Source of the DNA: Balanoglossus misakiensis
Taxonomy: Eukaryota > Animalia > Hemichordata
Assembly: GCA_040954595.2 (NCBI GenBank)
Contig: CM082586.2
Coordinates: forward strand, 8,463,337-8,527,336
Direction of reading: 5' to 3'
DNA length: 64,000 nucleotides
Made by a program: the position numbers and the translations under genes. Below are positions 36,701-48,103 of this stretch, one piece after another; the stretch's first letter is position 1; the number at the start of each line of letters is the position of its first letter. The notes beneath the pieces were generated by a model that saw nothing but the letters and a program-made list of their open reading frames with translations, was not told the origin of the DNA and did no database searches.

Positions 36701-38045
36701 CGAAAGTTGCGCGAATGTTGAATTTTCGCCAAGCAAGAAAATGGACCCTCATTTGAATGTTATGGCATTCAAGTGTGCATGAGCTGGTACACAGTATCAT
36801 TCTTTTGGTACAGATCTCTCTGTATCAATATGGCGGAGACAAAAACCTAAAGAAATTAAAATTTACAAACCTGCGGCCGTTTCACACAAAGGTCTGGCTT
36901 CCCAGTTATCACCACATCCTACGTCATGCCATTTACCATTATCGTTGTGAAAATTCATCTGGACGCATGCGGTGTTGGGATTTGAATCAGGCTGTTCTTC
37001 ACTAGTATCCCAGTTACTGACATTGCCAAGGATCTGTCCATCTAACCATCTGAATTCGGTCGGCGATTCCGGATCCTATAATAACAAAATAGGTAATGCA
37101 TGTATTTTATCACTTCATTTCTCAAATCTGATTACAGCACTTGGAACATACCTGACGGTGTCTTGTATCAAAAATAATGGAAAAAGGGCAGCGAGAGAGA
37201 GACAAATGTTGGAAATTGCTAGTTACTCGTTCAAGGCCGATCCACCACTTCTTATTTTTCCAGTGAGGTCCTAATCGATTCACACTGTCAATCTTCTGTT
37301 GAGTTTTCATCACAATAAGATGGGAACCGCTTTGATTGCAGTGATGTTTTGCTCCGTCATTGGTCATTGGTGTTCCTTTGAATAGGTAACACATCTGCTC
37401 GCTTTCGTCGAGGGCCCAGTCTTTGGCTGGACATACTGAAACTAAAATACACCATGCAGGGTTACATTAACGTTATATCTTTTGCAGTATGCTTATGTCA
37501 CACTACAAATAACTGTCCGTTTTCTGGAGTCCACTACCCCATTTACAAATTTGCATTCTCATTAAGATTTCCATTGTTCAATTTTCACACCCAACACTTC
37601 TTTTGTTTTCTGATGCACCTGGTCCTGCACATATTTCCTACTTTGAATACCCCATGATTCTCTGTTCATTCCACGTGTGCATCTGATGAAGGGGACTACA
37701 TGTCCCCGAAAGCTCATGCTGTAGTTTCAACTCGTTGATTTCAATGTTTTTTCTCAATATACATGTATCATGTTTGTCGGCCGATGCAGCTATCCCTGGT
37801 TCTCTACCTTGATAGACTTCCTTCACTCTCTATCCATAAGTGAATGTGTTCACAATCTATTTTGTTTACACTCCGTATATACGCAGAAAAAATGTTTCAG
37901 CTGAGGGAACGGATTCCGTGATTACATCACGGAGTTGGAAACACGAAAATGATGTTAGAGTCATACCTGACTTTGCGAATACGTTGTCGTAGGTGGCCGA
38001 CCAAACCACCAGGGTTATCAAAAACAGGTTCAACTCCATAACCAT
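21704..38045 (-). CDS. Adhesion GPCR (secretin-like 7TM): signal peptide, C-type lectin, Ser/Thr stalk, CCP-like, Ca-binding EGF, HormR, GAIN/GPS, 7TM; 25 exons
   Basis: Phase-consistent GT-AG exons: 38045-37967 (signal), 37435-37227 and 37075-36871 (CTLD: WWIGLE, QPD, WHD), 36375-36262 (S/T stalk), 36042-35878 (CCP-like), 35450-35283 (DIDEC..CTDTIGSYRCTC EGF), 35108-34992 and 34445-34351 (HormR: CP..W..CP, RFC..GKW..C), 33989-33813, 33524-33456, 33228-33108, 32794-32639, 32133-32061, 31332-31182, 30936-30887 (GAIN), 30652-30532 (GPS: WKSDACWV..TTCKC), 30107-30010 (TM1), 29687-29588 (TM2), 29134-29007 (TM3 CRIVAIIHHY..W), 23998-23906 (TM4 GWILP), 23692-23626 (CWVS..TP), 23501-23416, 23152-23029 (TM6 ..TW..G), 22467-22426 (TM7), 22147-21704 (tail). 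A TATA-like tatataaagg lies at ~38063-38072. Confidence 0.88.
23334..23396. repeat. (AAAAG)n microsatellite, intronic
   Basis: Pentanucleotide run seen directly. Confidence 0.95.
24331..28875. mobile_element. 4.5-kb foldback DNA transposon with ~1.7-kb TIRs containing ~169-bp tandem units, TTA TSD
   Basis: tagaccatgagccagtagggg (24331) and cccctactggctcatggtcta (28875), with TTA on both flanks. The arms 24331-~26136 and ~27235-28875 are near-identical, and the left arm has one extra 169-bp unit. The ORF track gives identical 140-aa ORFs on opposite strands. Confidence 0.93.
31345..31949. mobile_element. Partial, diverged MITE related to 43560-44357
   Basis: Shares ggggtgtcccc-ctcccacgtaagaaaatttt and cccccccacattagaaaattttgtaaaataaa with 43913-44170, and ends in poly-C ... 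aactgaacggccctta. Confidence 0.6.
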
Positions 38046-38606
38046 CGGAAAATCGCACACTCCTTTATATATCGCAGGTGGCAAGCAGACAACACCCTCT
38101 CGACGTTAGTTGTTCACGACAAGTGATAGTCAGAGTCGTGGGCAATTGTTGTTTAAAGATATGCGTCGTGCTGTTCATTTGATGACATTATAAAGGTTTC
38201 CAATTAGCTATAGAGCAAACTGCTCTCAAGTAATTAAGCGGGGGCCACTGTTCCATTGTATGACATTTATGTTATTAATGTGTGCGCGGGTTCTTCAATC
38301 ATAATCTTTTTTTCATGCAAGCTATTTCTATTTGTCGAAAGTCTCACGGGAATATTAACATTTAATCCAATACAGCGCTAATTATGTTATGGGTTCCAGA
38401 AAAAAAATCGATACCAAGGTACGGTCACCATTGTACGACATCTAAGGCGGGTCCTTTACTTCATTTCATATCGTCATGATTTTTGAGGTCACAAGGCGTA
38501 ATTAATGATGAATAGGGCGCTGAAGACCAAATGATATCTGAATAATCTGTATTAACAGCAAACGAAGTTTCAACTTCCTATTTTTAATTTCATCCGTGCA
38601 CCACCC

Positions 38607-38945
38607 AGTTTGAGTGTATAAAAAGGACAATAAAATGTATGATATATGGCCAGGGTTCGCGCGTGTTCATTTACCATTCACCGGCGGATATAGGTCATCG
38701 CTTAACGTTTTGAGCAGCAGAAATTGTTTACTGCAGTTCACCTTGGGCTACTTTCAAGGCAATAAATGTATTGTGCTTATTATTTTGGTAGTTCTTCGTA
38801 CACAATGACAATTCTTTGCATGCGTGCTCAGACACGCATCCCAATTGTTTTCTTACAGACATTGGCATTTAGTCTTGTCTAGGACTAAAGTACAGGACCA
38901 TAGAAATACACCTGACCCGGACATTACCTGGCTACGCGCAGAATT
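38607..38945 (+). repeat. Dispersed repeat, copy of 17898-18212
   Basis: Direct sequence similarity, with a short insertion at ~38665-38685. Confidence 0.85.
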
Positions 38946-39699
38946 GAATTAACCCTGGTTGGATTTGGAGGGGGGTTCCCGGAAACCGTAATAGAATAGT
39001 TAGGGGTAAATTACCCCTTATATGAATAGAAACAGTTGTAGCCATGAAGACTTTATCAATAAATCTACTAATGTGGCGTCGAATTTGAAATTTTATTTCA
39101 AGCATTACACGGACTGTCCTGTGAAATGGAGGAGAGCTTACCTCGACGAAAATAGGATGGCCGACCTACAGGTCCCCCAACAACGTGACTGCTGCAGTGT
39201 TCTTGTCTTCTAATCAAAGCGTAGTCGCAAGGTTTGGCATTTCTCTGGTCAGCTTGGGTGCGGAAACTCGTCGAGAAAGGTGAGTAAAGTGAGACATATC
39301 CTTCGAATTGTCAATATGATGTCGCGAACAGGAGATACAAAGTGTATACTGTATAATATTGCTGATTGTGTGATTATAAATAGAAAAGTTTCACCTCCTC
39401 TTTAAATTGGAGACGAGTAGAAAGCAAACTATACGATGCAAAACTTTCATTACTTTTGATGGTCTTATGAAATGTCAAGGTTATACCGTCGCAATTCCTG
39501 GACAAGAGTTAGGAACCTTGTAAAAGTCAACCAGAATTCACTTCATACTTTCTGAGCGCTTGTGAGTTTTTTCTAAATACCGGGAGACCATTTATTTTTC
39601 AGTAAACCCAAGAAAAGAGAAGAGCCCAAAAATTAATTCCGTTAAATTTTGTCATTTTTTCAGTCAACATATAATCCTGTCTGACAGAATATCTCAAAA

Positions 39700-39867
39700 A
39701 TGGCTCGGATTGTGATGCTTCTGTGCATGGCCTTGTTACTGGCTCTGTTCATTCCTGATACAGACGGTTGGCGTCGACGTCGACGTCGACGTATTGGCCA
39801 AGGAGTCATATCTGACCTCGTGAAGAGGGACAATACTGGATCTGCAGTTCAGAACGGAATGTTGTAA
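39700..39867 (+). CDS. Small secreted Arg-rich peptide precursor (55 aa), antimicrobial-peptide-like
   Basis: MARIVMLLCMALLLALFIPDTDG|WRRRRRRRIGQGVISDLV-KR-DNTGSAVQNGML*. It has a hydrophobic signal peptide with a T-D-G cleavage site, a Kozak-like caaaaATGG, an upstream acceptor (ctgacag, 39687) and a donor (ag|gtgagt, 39280). It may instead splice at tt|gtaagt (39863). Confidence 0.7.
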   Translation: MARIVMLLCMALLLALFIPDTDGWRRRRRRRIGQGVISDLVKRDNTGSAVQNGML

Positions 39868-39881
39868 GTCCTTTAAGTGAT

Positions 39882-40171
<290 letters not shown>

Positions 40172-40439
40172 AGTATGTATGACACCAGTGACACTATCAT
40201 TCGATAGTTTCACACGATAAACAAACAAATGATGAGTTGGTGTGTAGCATACTACGCTAACAAGTTAAAAAGTAGGGTTAGTAATGTACAGACGGTAAAC
40301 AACCGTCGCCACCAAGTAGATAAGGAGAACGTAGCATTATCTTGAAATAATATGTTCCTGATTGGTCGTCAGGCTGTGAATTTTGCTCCCAGGGGAGTAC
40401 TATCTGTTTTCTTTTTATGACTACCCCGAGTTATTGGCC

Positions 40440-41427
40440 CACAGGGGACTCTCCCTCCGCGATTTTGTTTGTTTGTTTGTTGTTGTTGTTGATGATGATG
40501 ATTTTTGGCATAATAAACAAATACATATTTCTTTATTAATAAATATGGTTTGTTGACATGTAAGTGTTAGGGTATTATCAACGGTTAGGGTCAGTGTTGG
40601 CATTTTTTTCGATCCACGGCCCCGGACATATCCACAAAGAGAGACAAGGGTGGAAACTAGCCCAGTACGGCCAAACATGAATGTCTCGTTTCGGAAGGTT
40701 AAAAACGTTAGTGAGATTCAAATTGGACCAATCAAATAGCTTGTTAGTCCTGCAAGGGGACGTTAATCGATTTCAGCCTGGTCCCAGGATGAACTTACTT
40801 CGGCGTATTTTAACATATTTTCCCCCTTATAATAACAGGCTCACGACTCTTTTACATACAGATATACATCAGCACATGTTTTATGACAAAAATCACACAC
40901 AAGCGTAAATCTTTGTGAAACGTGGTCACCTCCAAACAATTTACGGTCCAATTTGAATTTTGCCTTCCGAAACGAGACATTTAAGTTTGTCCATGGTTTG
41001 CCGTAAAAACTGTACGGATGTCAACGGAGAACGATGTGAAATATCGCCGATTTATACTTTTTTATTGAATTACAGGATAGATATAGTAAGTATAGAGTAT
41101 GTTGTGACTGCAAACGTAATATTTCAAATGTCAGACATTTATTTGTTGTGTTATTCTGGACTTAAAAAATACGGTGCTTGGACCCGGAAATGGGCTAGTT
41201 TCCACCCTTGTCTCTCTTTGTGGCTTAGTGATATGTCCGGGGCCGTGGATCGAAAAAAATGCCAACACAAATCCTAACCGTTGATAATACCCTAACCTGT
41301 CGAATATACCCTAACCCTTTCATGTCAACAAACCATATTTATTAACAAAGAAATATGTATTTGTTTATTATGCCAAAAATCAACAACAACAACAACAAAC
41401 AAAATCGCGGAGGGAGAGTCCCCTGTG
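40440..41427. mobile_element. Non-autonomous TIR element (~225-bp TIRs, 7-bp TSD; P/Galileo-like)
   Basis: cacaggggactctccctccgcg ... cgcggagggagagtcccctgtg, with attggcc duplicated on both flanks. The arms extend to ~40664 and from ~41191. Confidence 0.88.
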
Positions 41428-42073
41428 ATTGGCCGAGGAACGCCCCCCCCCCCCCATGGTCACATTGGGTGTACATGTGCTGTCTTTGGTCTCAGTTTCG
41501 TGTGTGAACGTCGACACCGCAGTTTTAGACAAAGTTAAATAAATATTTCGTGTTTACAAAATGTAGCTGTATCAAATTCGTGTTTTCTCGTGTCCAGTGT
41601 TCCCAATTGTCGGTCAAAATATTTCTTTCAAAATGAGGAGCGAAAGAAATATTGCACCATTCCCCATCCTTTATAAATTATCGGCCGTTTTGATTCAGTG
41701 CTTGCAATACCTTCAGTTAACGCTATACAGACCCAACATATAGTCGAACTGCTACTGCCAATTTTATTTTTATTTTCTTCTTGAGACACTGTAATTGGTG
41801 GAGGTGATATCATGTAAATATTTACAGAGAGATATTAAAGATCTTTAGTTAAAACCGTGTTGTTCCTCTTTCACAACGGCCCAACGAAAGGTCAAAATTG
41901 TTTATATTATGAAGGAATGTTATCGTTTAGATAGAATTAATATTGAATTAACCAACCAACCAACCAACCAACCAATCAATCAACGAACGAAGCAGTTAGC
42001 CAATAAGAGGTCCGAAACTAGAATTTAACAACATTCTGATATGCGCACAGTTTCTAAGTCGGGTAGTGTATTA

Positions 42074-44469
42074 TTATGACCAATATGTTTTAAATTCGTT
42101 TGGATAGGTATCGAGTACGCCCTCTGAGTACCAAATGCTGTAAGCGATGACTTCTATTTGGCAACGATCCAACATCTTTTCAACTTCGCCCCATGAAGTA
42201 GGAGCGCCGCCACCGTTGACTCTCACGCCGGTGAGCAGCCAGTCTTTCCCCAGGCGAGAAATCGTCTTGGCCAGTTCGTTGCTGAAGCTGTTGTAATTGT
42301 CGTAATAGAGCTGCGGCACGTACTCGAAGAAACCGATGTCGTCCTTGTACCATTGCTCCCAATCCACGTTGTTGTTGTTGCGAGACCAGTCCATCGTGCT
42401 CGGGGAGAAGGACACCAGCCCCTGCGGTGTGTTTTTCAGCACATGCTCGGCAGCGGTGGTCATGGTGCCGATCAGATAGCCGAACTCGCTCGGCTGGGCG
42501 AAGTGATCATCGAGCTGGACGCCGTCAAGGCCAGGGTAGTTGTCGATGGCGTCGTTCATGATGTCAGACATGAACCCCAGGACGCCGCTGTGACTGGCTA
42601 TCAACCAGGTGTACCCACGCGCTTCTCCCCGCACCCAGCCGTTGTCGCTGGCGTAGCGCGAGAAAGCGTTGGCGTCCGGGCCTCCGTAGGAAGCCATCAG
42701 CCCGTACTCGAACCAGGCGTACACTTCCATCCCGTTCTTCTGAGCCTCGTCCACGGCCCATTGGAGCGAATCTCTGGCAAAGCCGGCGCTTCCTATTAGG
42801 TTAGTCATGGTTGGAGAGTTGAAGTACACCAGTCCGTTGTGCCACACGCTGACGTAGACCCGCGTGACGCCCGTTGCCGCCATTTCGGCGAATGACGTGG
42901 CAGTTTCTTCGGGGGTAGTGTTGTCTCTGTACACACTCACCCATACGGCTTTATGCGATCGGTCCACTGAAATCAATCGAAAAAGGGGACGGTTGGCTCT
43001 GAAATTGACTGATTGGCCAGTGTTCTTATATTTCGTATGTTTCATAGAATCCAATTTATTTCGTGCACCATCTTAAGCGCATTGGATCTGTTAATGTTAG
43101 AGTGGTTCGAGATTTCGCACTTACAGCATGTAGGAGTGCTGAAACAACATTTGATGGTACTTGGTTGACTCGGACAAAGCCCGGAGATGTAGTTACTGTA
43201 TGGGCAGCAGTCCTGGTGTACACAGATTCCCCGCTGACCGTGAACTTCATGATTGTAACTCATACAAGGTTCTTCCTGGTATGCTGAGAGACACGTCAAA
43301 AGAAGGATTTGCCATCAAACGTAAAACTATATAATAGCTTTCCATGTTATTTATCCCACAAGAGATGTGTTGGACTAACTGTCCACTAAGAGAGACATTC
43401 TCATATATGGTCAAAAAGGCACGTCCGAGTCGTTTGATGGGCATGTGATGGGGCTCTTTTTATCGCTTGGCCATCCAACTAAAATCTGTAATTGGCCAGA
43501 TCTAAACTTGTCATGGTTAATGTGGCTAAATTTACACAGGGGGTGACCGTACACTTTTAGGCTGCATTCACAAACACCTCTGGAGGGGGGGGGGGGGCGG
43601 GAGAATTCAATTTTTTTTACCGCTAATTTTCACATGCCCCCCTTCCGAACTGCCAATATTTTCAAATCCCCCCTTCCGAACTGCCAAAATTTTGAAATCC
43701 CCCCCCCCATTTTCTTTCACAGAGCAAAACACATCACCTATCTATCTTGTAAAAAGAAAAACAGCGCACTCATGAAAAGAATTTGAAACTGATGTTTCCC
43801 CTCATCAGTGGGTATTAAAACTGAACATTGTTTTATTGTTTAAGTACATATATTTGTATTCTGTGTTGGGAGACATTGTAAACCGAGAATTGAAGGGGGT
43901 GGGTTTGGGAGGGGGTGTCCCCCTCCCACGTAAGAAAATTTTCTAAAATACAGAGCTCAAAGCTGCATTTTAATGAACCCGGCAAAAGCAAATTAACTCA
44001 ACTACCGGTATGTTGGGGAGGACAAATTTAACCGTCGCCGCTCAAAGTTATCATGGGGTTGGGCAAGTCCCCTGACCTGGGACACTAGATAAACCAGTCA
44101 ATGATTGAAAGGTGTTGATGAATGGAGGGGGTGGGTGTGTCCCCCTCCCACATTAGAAAATTTTGTAAAATAAAGGGCGCGAAACTGCATTTTTGTGGAC
44201 TCAAAATAAATATTTAGTCGTTAAAGTCTTCAAGTCCCCCCCTTTCAGTCCCTAAATTATTTCAAATCCCCCCTTACATACCCTCAATTTTTTTCAAATC
44301 CCCCCCCCCTCAATTCTCCTGCCCCCCCCCCCTCCAGAGGTGTTTGTGAATGCAGCCTTAAAGCCATCTGTGTGAACTTGTGACGCATCACAAAATATAC
44401 AAGTACGGATGTAAATTTACCTTGACCAGAGACCAATGTTAACAACGACAGTATATAGAATCCAAGCAT
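42074..44469 (-). CDS. Secreted glycosyl hydrolase-like 10 (GHL10/DUF187, YddW/DigH-like) with an N-terminal Cys-rich module; 3 exons
   Basis: Exon 44469-44421 is the signal peptide MLGFYILSLLTLVSGQ. Exon 43283-43125 is EEPC..GICVHQDCC..SGLCPSQPSTIKCCF. Exon 42966-42074 is the TIM barrel with AVWV, GVTRVYVSVW, GMEVYAWFEYGL, DGVQLDDHF, DWEQW and PQLY motifs typical of DUF187. Both introns are phase 1, GT-AG. Confidence 0.85.
43560..44357. mobile_element. Harbinger-like MITE (TTA TSD) in intron 1 of the GHL10 gene
   Basis: ggctgcattcacaaacacctctggagggggggg ... cccccccctccagaggtgtttgtgaatgcagcc, with TTA on both flanks. Confidence 0.85.
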
Positions 44470-44842
44470 TGTTGAAGTATAGAGACGCACGCAGTCTGGT
44501 ATTTTGGCGGTGCCAGGGAACTGTGACTAATACACGAAACCCAGTGAGCTAGCGACTAAAATAATATCTAAAATCATACTTATCGGACTTATGCATTCTT
44601 CGGTTCTCACGACATGTCGTCTGGCGCAACGATAGCAAACACATAACAAGCAGAAACCTTTGTTTAGTAAGTCCCCTAAATATCTCACACATAAAAAGAT
44701 AATGGCGTATCAGCTATAAATTTTGGACATAATCTCTAGTAAGTTAGTGTACAAAGGTGAAACGCGTGCAGTTCATAGATCCCGTTCCTATGGTATGCGG
44801 GATACTAATACAATTTGAGTTACTGTAAGCCTGTAGGTCGTC

Positions 44843-44916
44843 GGCCGGTTAGCTCAGTTGGTTAGAGCGTCGTGCTAATAACGCGAATGTCGCGGGTTCG
44901 AGCCCCGTACTGGCCA
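44843..44916 (+). tRNA. tRNA-Ile (anticodon AAT)
   Basis: ggccggttagctcagttggttagagcgtcgtgctAATaacgcgaatgtcgcgggttcgagccccgtactggcca has an intact cloverleaf and A and B boxes, with a TTTT terminator at 44921. Confidence 0.96.
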
Positions 44917-45368
44917 TACATTTTATTTTGGATTGCGAACTTTTTTTCTCGGACAGAGTTGGAAAGACCCCTGACATGCTACTTCACTCAGACAACAAGG
45001 CAATTTTCATCTTTTCTCCCCCGCTATAACGCTACAATACTCTCATTTTTTGTCTCGGAGATTACTTCTATTGCATGATCAGTTTTGGACAAATTTGTGA
45101 TAAAGGGCTTGTGAACTATTGATAGAAGCCATAGGAAAAAAGATAACAATAAATGTTTATCCATTGGTATTTTTATTTTATTTATAATCAAATTATAATC
45201 TACCTTGAATTATACAGATTAATCAGCTCTACATTGCCTGATTATTATTTACAAACATCTTCCAAACGTAAACTACAGGTACCTATATATGTAAAGCACG
45301 CATGATTGGCCTGAGAAAAATATTGATAAATCTGTCTACTGTGCCACGTGGAACTGCTATCTATAATT

Positions 45369-46303
45369 TCACTGAAAGAAGGTGAACAGCACAGCTATTC
45401 CCATAATTCCAAGCAACGCCATCTCCTTCTCATATCCGGTCACAGCGCCCGCAGCGACGTGAGACACGTCATCCAGGTCCGGCCACCCAGACGACGTCAA
45501 AGCTGCTGGAACAACCCATGTACGACCCCACCTCAGCGCGCTCTTCAGATTCCGTCATGTTGCCATAGTGACAGATTCTGTAGACGCCGGCTTGGGCGTC
45601 GTACGGTATATCCCAGATGATTTCCGCGATGCTGGAACCGGTGCCCGGAAGTCCCACAGTCATGTTTTCCGTAATATTCAGCCCCGGCGTTTCCGGCGGT
45701 GGCAAATTGGGGAAAATTTCCCTGAGTTTGTCCATCAAGTCGTTGACGTATCGTCTGCTCTGGACTAGCCAGTTGTATCTGCGGGGAAAATGGGAAGTGT
45801 CATTAAAATATGAAGTACACTATATGTGACTGTTGTTGTAGTTGTTGCTCTAAACAAGCTTTCAAAACTGGAGTGTCACCCATATATGATGTTGTTGTTT
45901 CAACCATATTGTTGATGATGCAATGATTACAGCTAGTCAGAGTGTCTGTATGTTGAGCCACTGTTTGTGACATTGACAAAGGTGCAACAGTATATAGCTG
46001 AGTGATTACCTGGTGCACCAGTCCCCATCTGTGAGGACTACTTCCCAATCGAACGTCTCAGTGGACCTCAAGACCTCAAGGAATGTGTCTTCTTGCTGAT
46101 TACAGTGGAATAAAAACACAACAGAATGTCATTACTCATATAATAACACACTAAGCAGCAAATATTATATACTTGGCGATAATTTCATGTGTGACGTTAA
46201 TATTCCAAATGTCTTTCATTTAATTGGATGGAATGAAATTATTTATCACCTTCAGATCGTTTCTTGGGTTACTGGCTTGAAAACTGACATTGACTCGATC
46301 TCC
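45369..46303 (-). pseudogene. Neutral ceramidase C-terminal domain: three orphan 3' exons with a probable frameshift before a hydrophobic tail
   Basis: Exons 46303-46250 (GDRVNVSFQASNPRNDLK), 46095-46010 (QEDTFLEV..WEVVLTDGDWCTR) and 45778-45469 (..SSIAEIIWDIPYDAQAGVYRICHYG..YMGCSSSFDV) match ceramidase C-terminal motifs. An out-of-frame tail ..LLGIMGIAVLFTFFQ* runs to 45369. No catalytic-domain exons were found upstream before FBXW2. Confidence 0.75.
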
Positions 46304-46809
46304 CTGTGAACAAAGTAGAATTGATTACCATACTGGTAGACCTTTTTCTCACACTCTTGGCCGCTGGGAGTATGGGATAGAGAGTGTAGGATCAAATCGA
46401 TCCCACACACTGTGTTAATGCGCACAGAGACAACTGTTATCTGACACAAGCTCTGATTGGATAATGATATCCATTCCCCTCAGAACGAGCAAATATTATC
46501 CAATTGTGCGATGTGTTGTACACAAACCGGAACTACAATGTGATCAGGTCATGTGCAGACGACAGTGGTGTACGTGGTTGGCGACAGACTAAAAAACGGT
46601 TGTATTTTCTAGATATCGCGCCAAATTATGCCACTGGAAACAATCTCAATATTTTAATGTGTTGAGCACATGTTTATAGCATGCGTGTACTGTAAACTCG
46701 TGATGAAATGGGGACTATGTTTTGCGGGGCGGATCAATATATGACTGGTCATGCAGTTATCAGTTGGTATTTTATAGATTTAGTTCTTTTATTGTAAATA
46801 AACGTTAAT

Positions 46810-46990
46810 ATCACGAATTTCTGGTCGTGTGAGAAAAAGAATCTCACACACGAAGGACCTGGAATCATATTTCTCACACTCGTCGGGGATATTTTGTCCC
46901 ACACTCGCCTGCGGTTCGTGTGGGACAAAAAATCCCCAACTCGTGTGAGAAATACGATCCCAGGTCCTTGGGAGTGTGAGATTATATTAG
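46810..46990. repeat. Palindromic non-autonomous repeat with a central cactcgcctgcggttcgtg (related copy at ~58290-58420)
   Basis: tttctcacactcgtcggggatattttgtcccacac ... gtgtgggacaaaaaatccccaactcgtgtgagaaa forms an inverted pair. Confidence 0.65.
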
Positions 46991-47759
46991 TCTTGTCTGT
47001 GTGATTACTGTACATACATACATACATACATACATACATACATACATACATACATACATACATACATACATACATACATACATAAATACATAAACACGTG
47101 TTCAATGCGATGTTTTCAATTTTAACAGGGTTAAGCTGAGAGAAGACATCGTGGACCGCGATGTCGAGGAAAATGAAAATGGGTTCGAAGCTGAATATAA
47201 GAAAACTACAGTTTGAAGAAATCTTGGAGGAAGAATAACAATGGAAAACGACGTAATTGTTCAGATTCTCAGATTAAAAAGCCTTGTTGTAACAAATAAG
47301 AGAATAGTGTACTAAAATATCTGCAGTTGTAATTTTAATTAGACATTACAGATCATTTACCTTATTAGTTTTTATGTACATTTTGACACTAAATTGGACA
47401 TTTTCCCTCTAATTTCCTGTTCTTTTCCCGTTTAGGTCCTTCTCTCAGTTGATTTCCAATTTTACACACAACGCACGAAATTTTCACTCAATATGTACAG
47501 AGAAATCATTAGCAAAAACAGCTAGTCATTCTGCAAGCTTGCAAGATATTTGGTGATACGTTTTAGCCATATTTTAACCACAAATTGTGCCTTATAACAG
47601 ATGATATGATATGTGAACAAAAATATTCTACTCGGTCGTCAATGTTTCCGCTACAGGAACCTTTGTCTCCAGTTTCACATATTACTTATTCAAATACACT
47701 TAAACACCAATAGATCTAATAAATCATATGGTTGAAAATGTTTTTTTCTTTTCAAGTTT

Positions 47760-48103
47760 CACTCTTTGATTGTATCAGGTGCGCAGTTTTGCCCAGGGTT
47801 GATAATGGTTATGTTTTGCAATGCATATGTGGTATTTTTGGATCTTGGGGTGCAGTCAAAATTTCCCATGGTGTGACAGAACGTTCAAAGTCAACGCTGT
47901 CGTCTGATTTGATAGTTCGTCGCCGCTTCATCGGTGACTCCAATCGGGGCGTCAGGTTCGGAAATCACCGGCAAGTGTATAGTCGCCGCCTTCTCTGCTA
48001 AACCTATTAATTGTGGCTTATTTTGGTTGCTCACAGCAATTCCCCGTTCCTTCAAATAAAGGTTCAACTCGTCGACTCTCATTTTTGCGAAAACTGTCGC
48101 CAT
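47760..48103 (-). mobile_element. Degenerate DNA-transposon-associated ORF fragment with a SAP-like N-terminus
   Basis: MATVFAKMRVDELNLYLKERGIAVSNQNKPQLI resembles a SAP motif. It is interrupted by stops and lies among repeats. Confidence 0.4.

Noticed and set aside
42353-42799. 148-aa plus-strand ORF
   Set aside because: Antisense shadow of the GC-rich GHL10 exon.
42074-43054. Bacterial contamination or a single-exon 326-aa gene
   Set aside because: It is embedded among animal genes and repeats, and phase-compatible signal-peptide and Cys-rich exons lie upstream. The first ~29 codons of the ORF are intronic.
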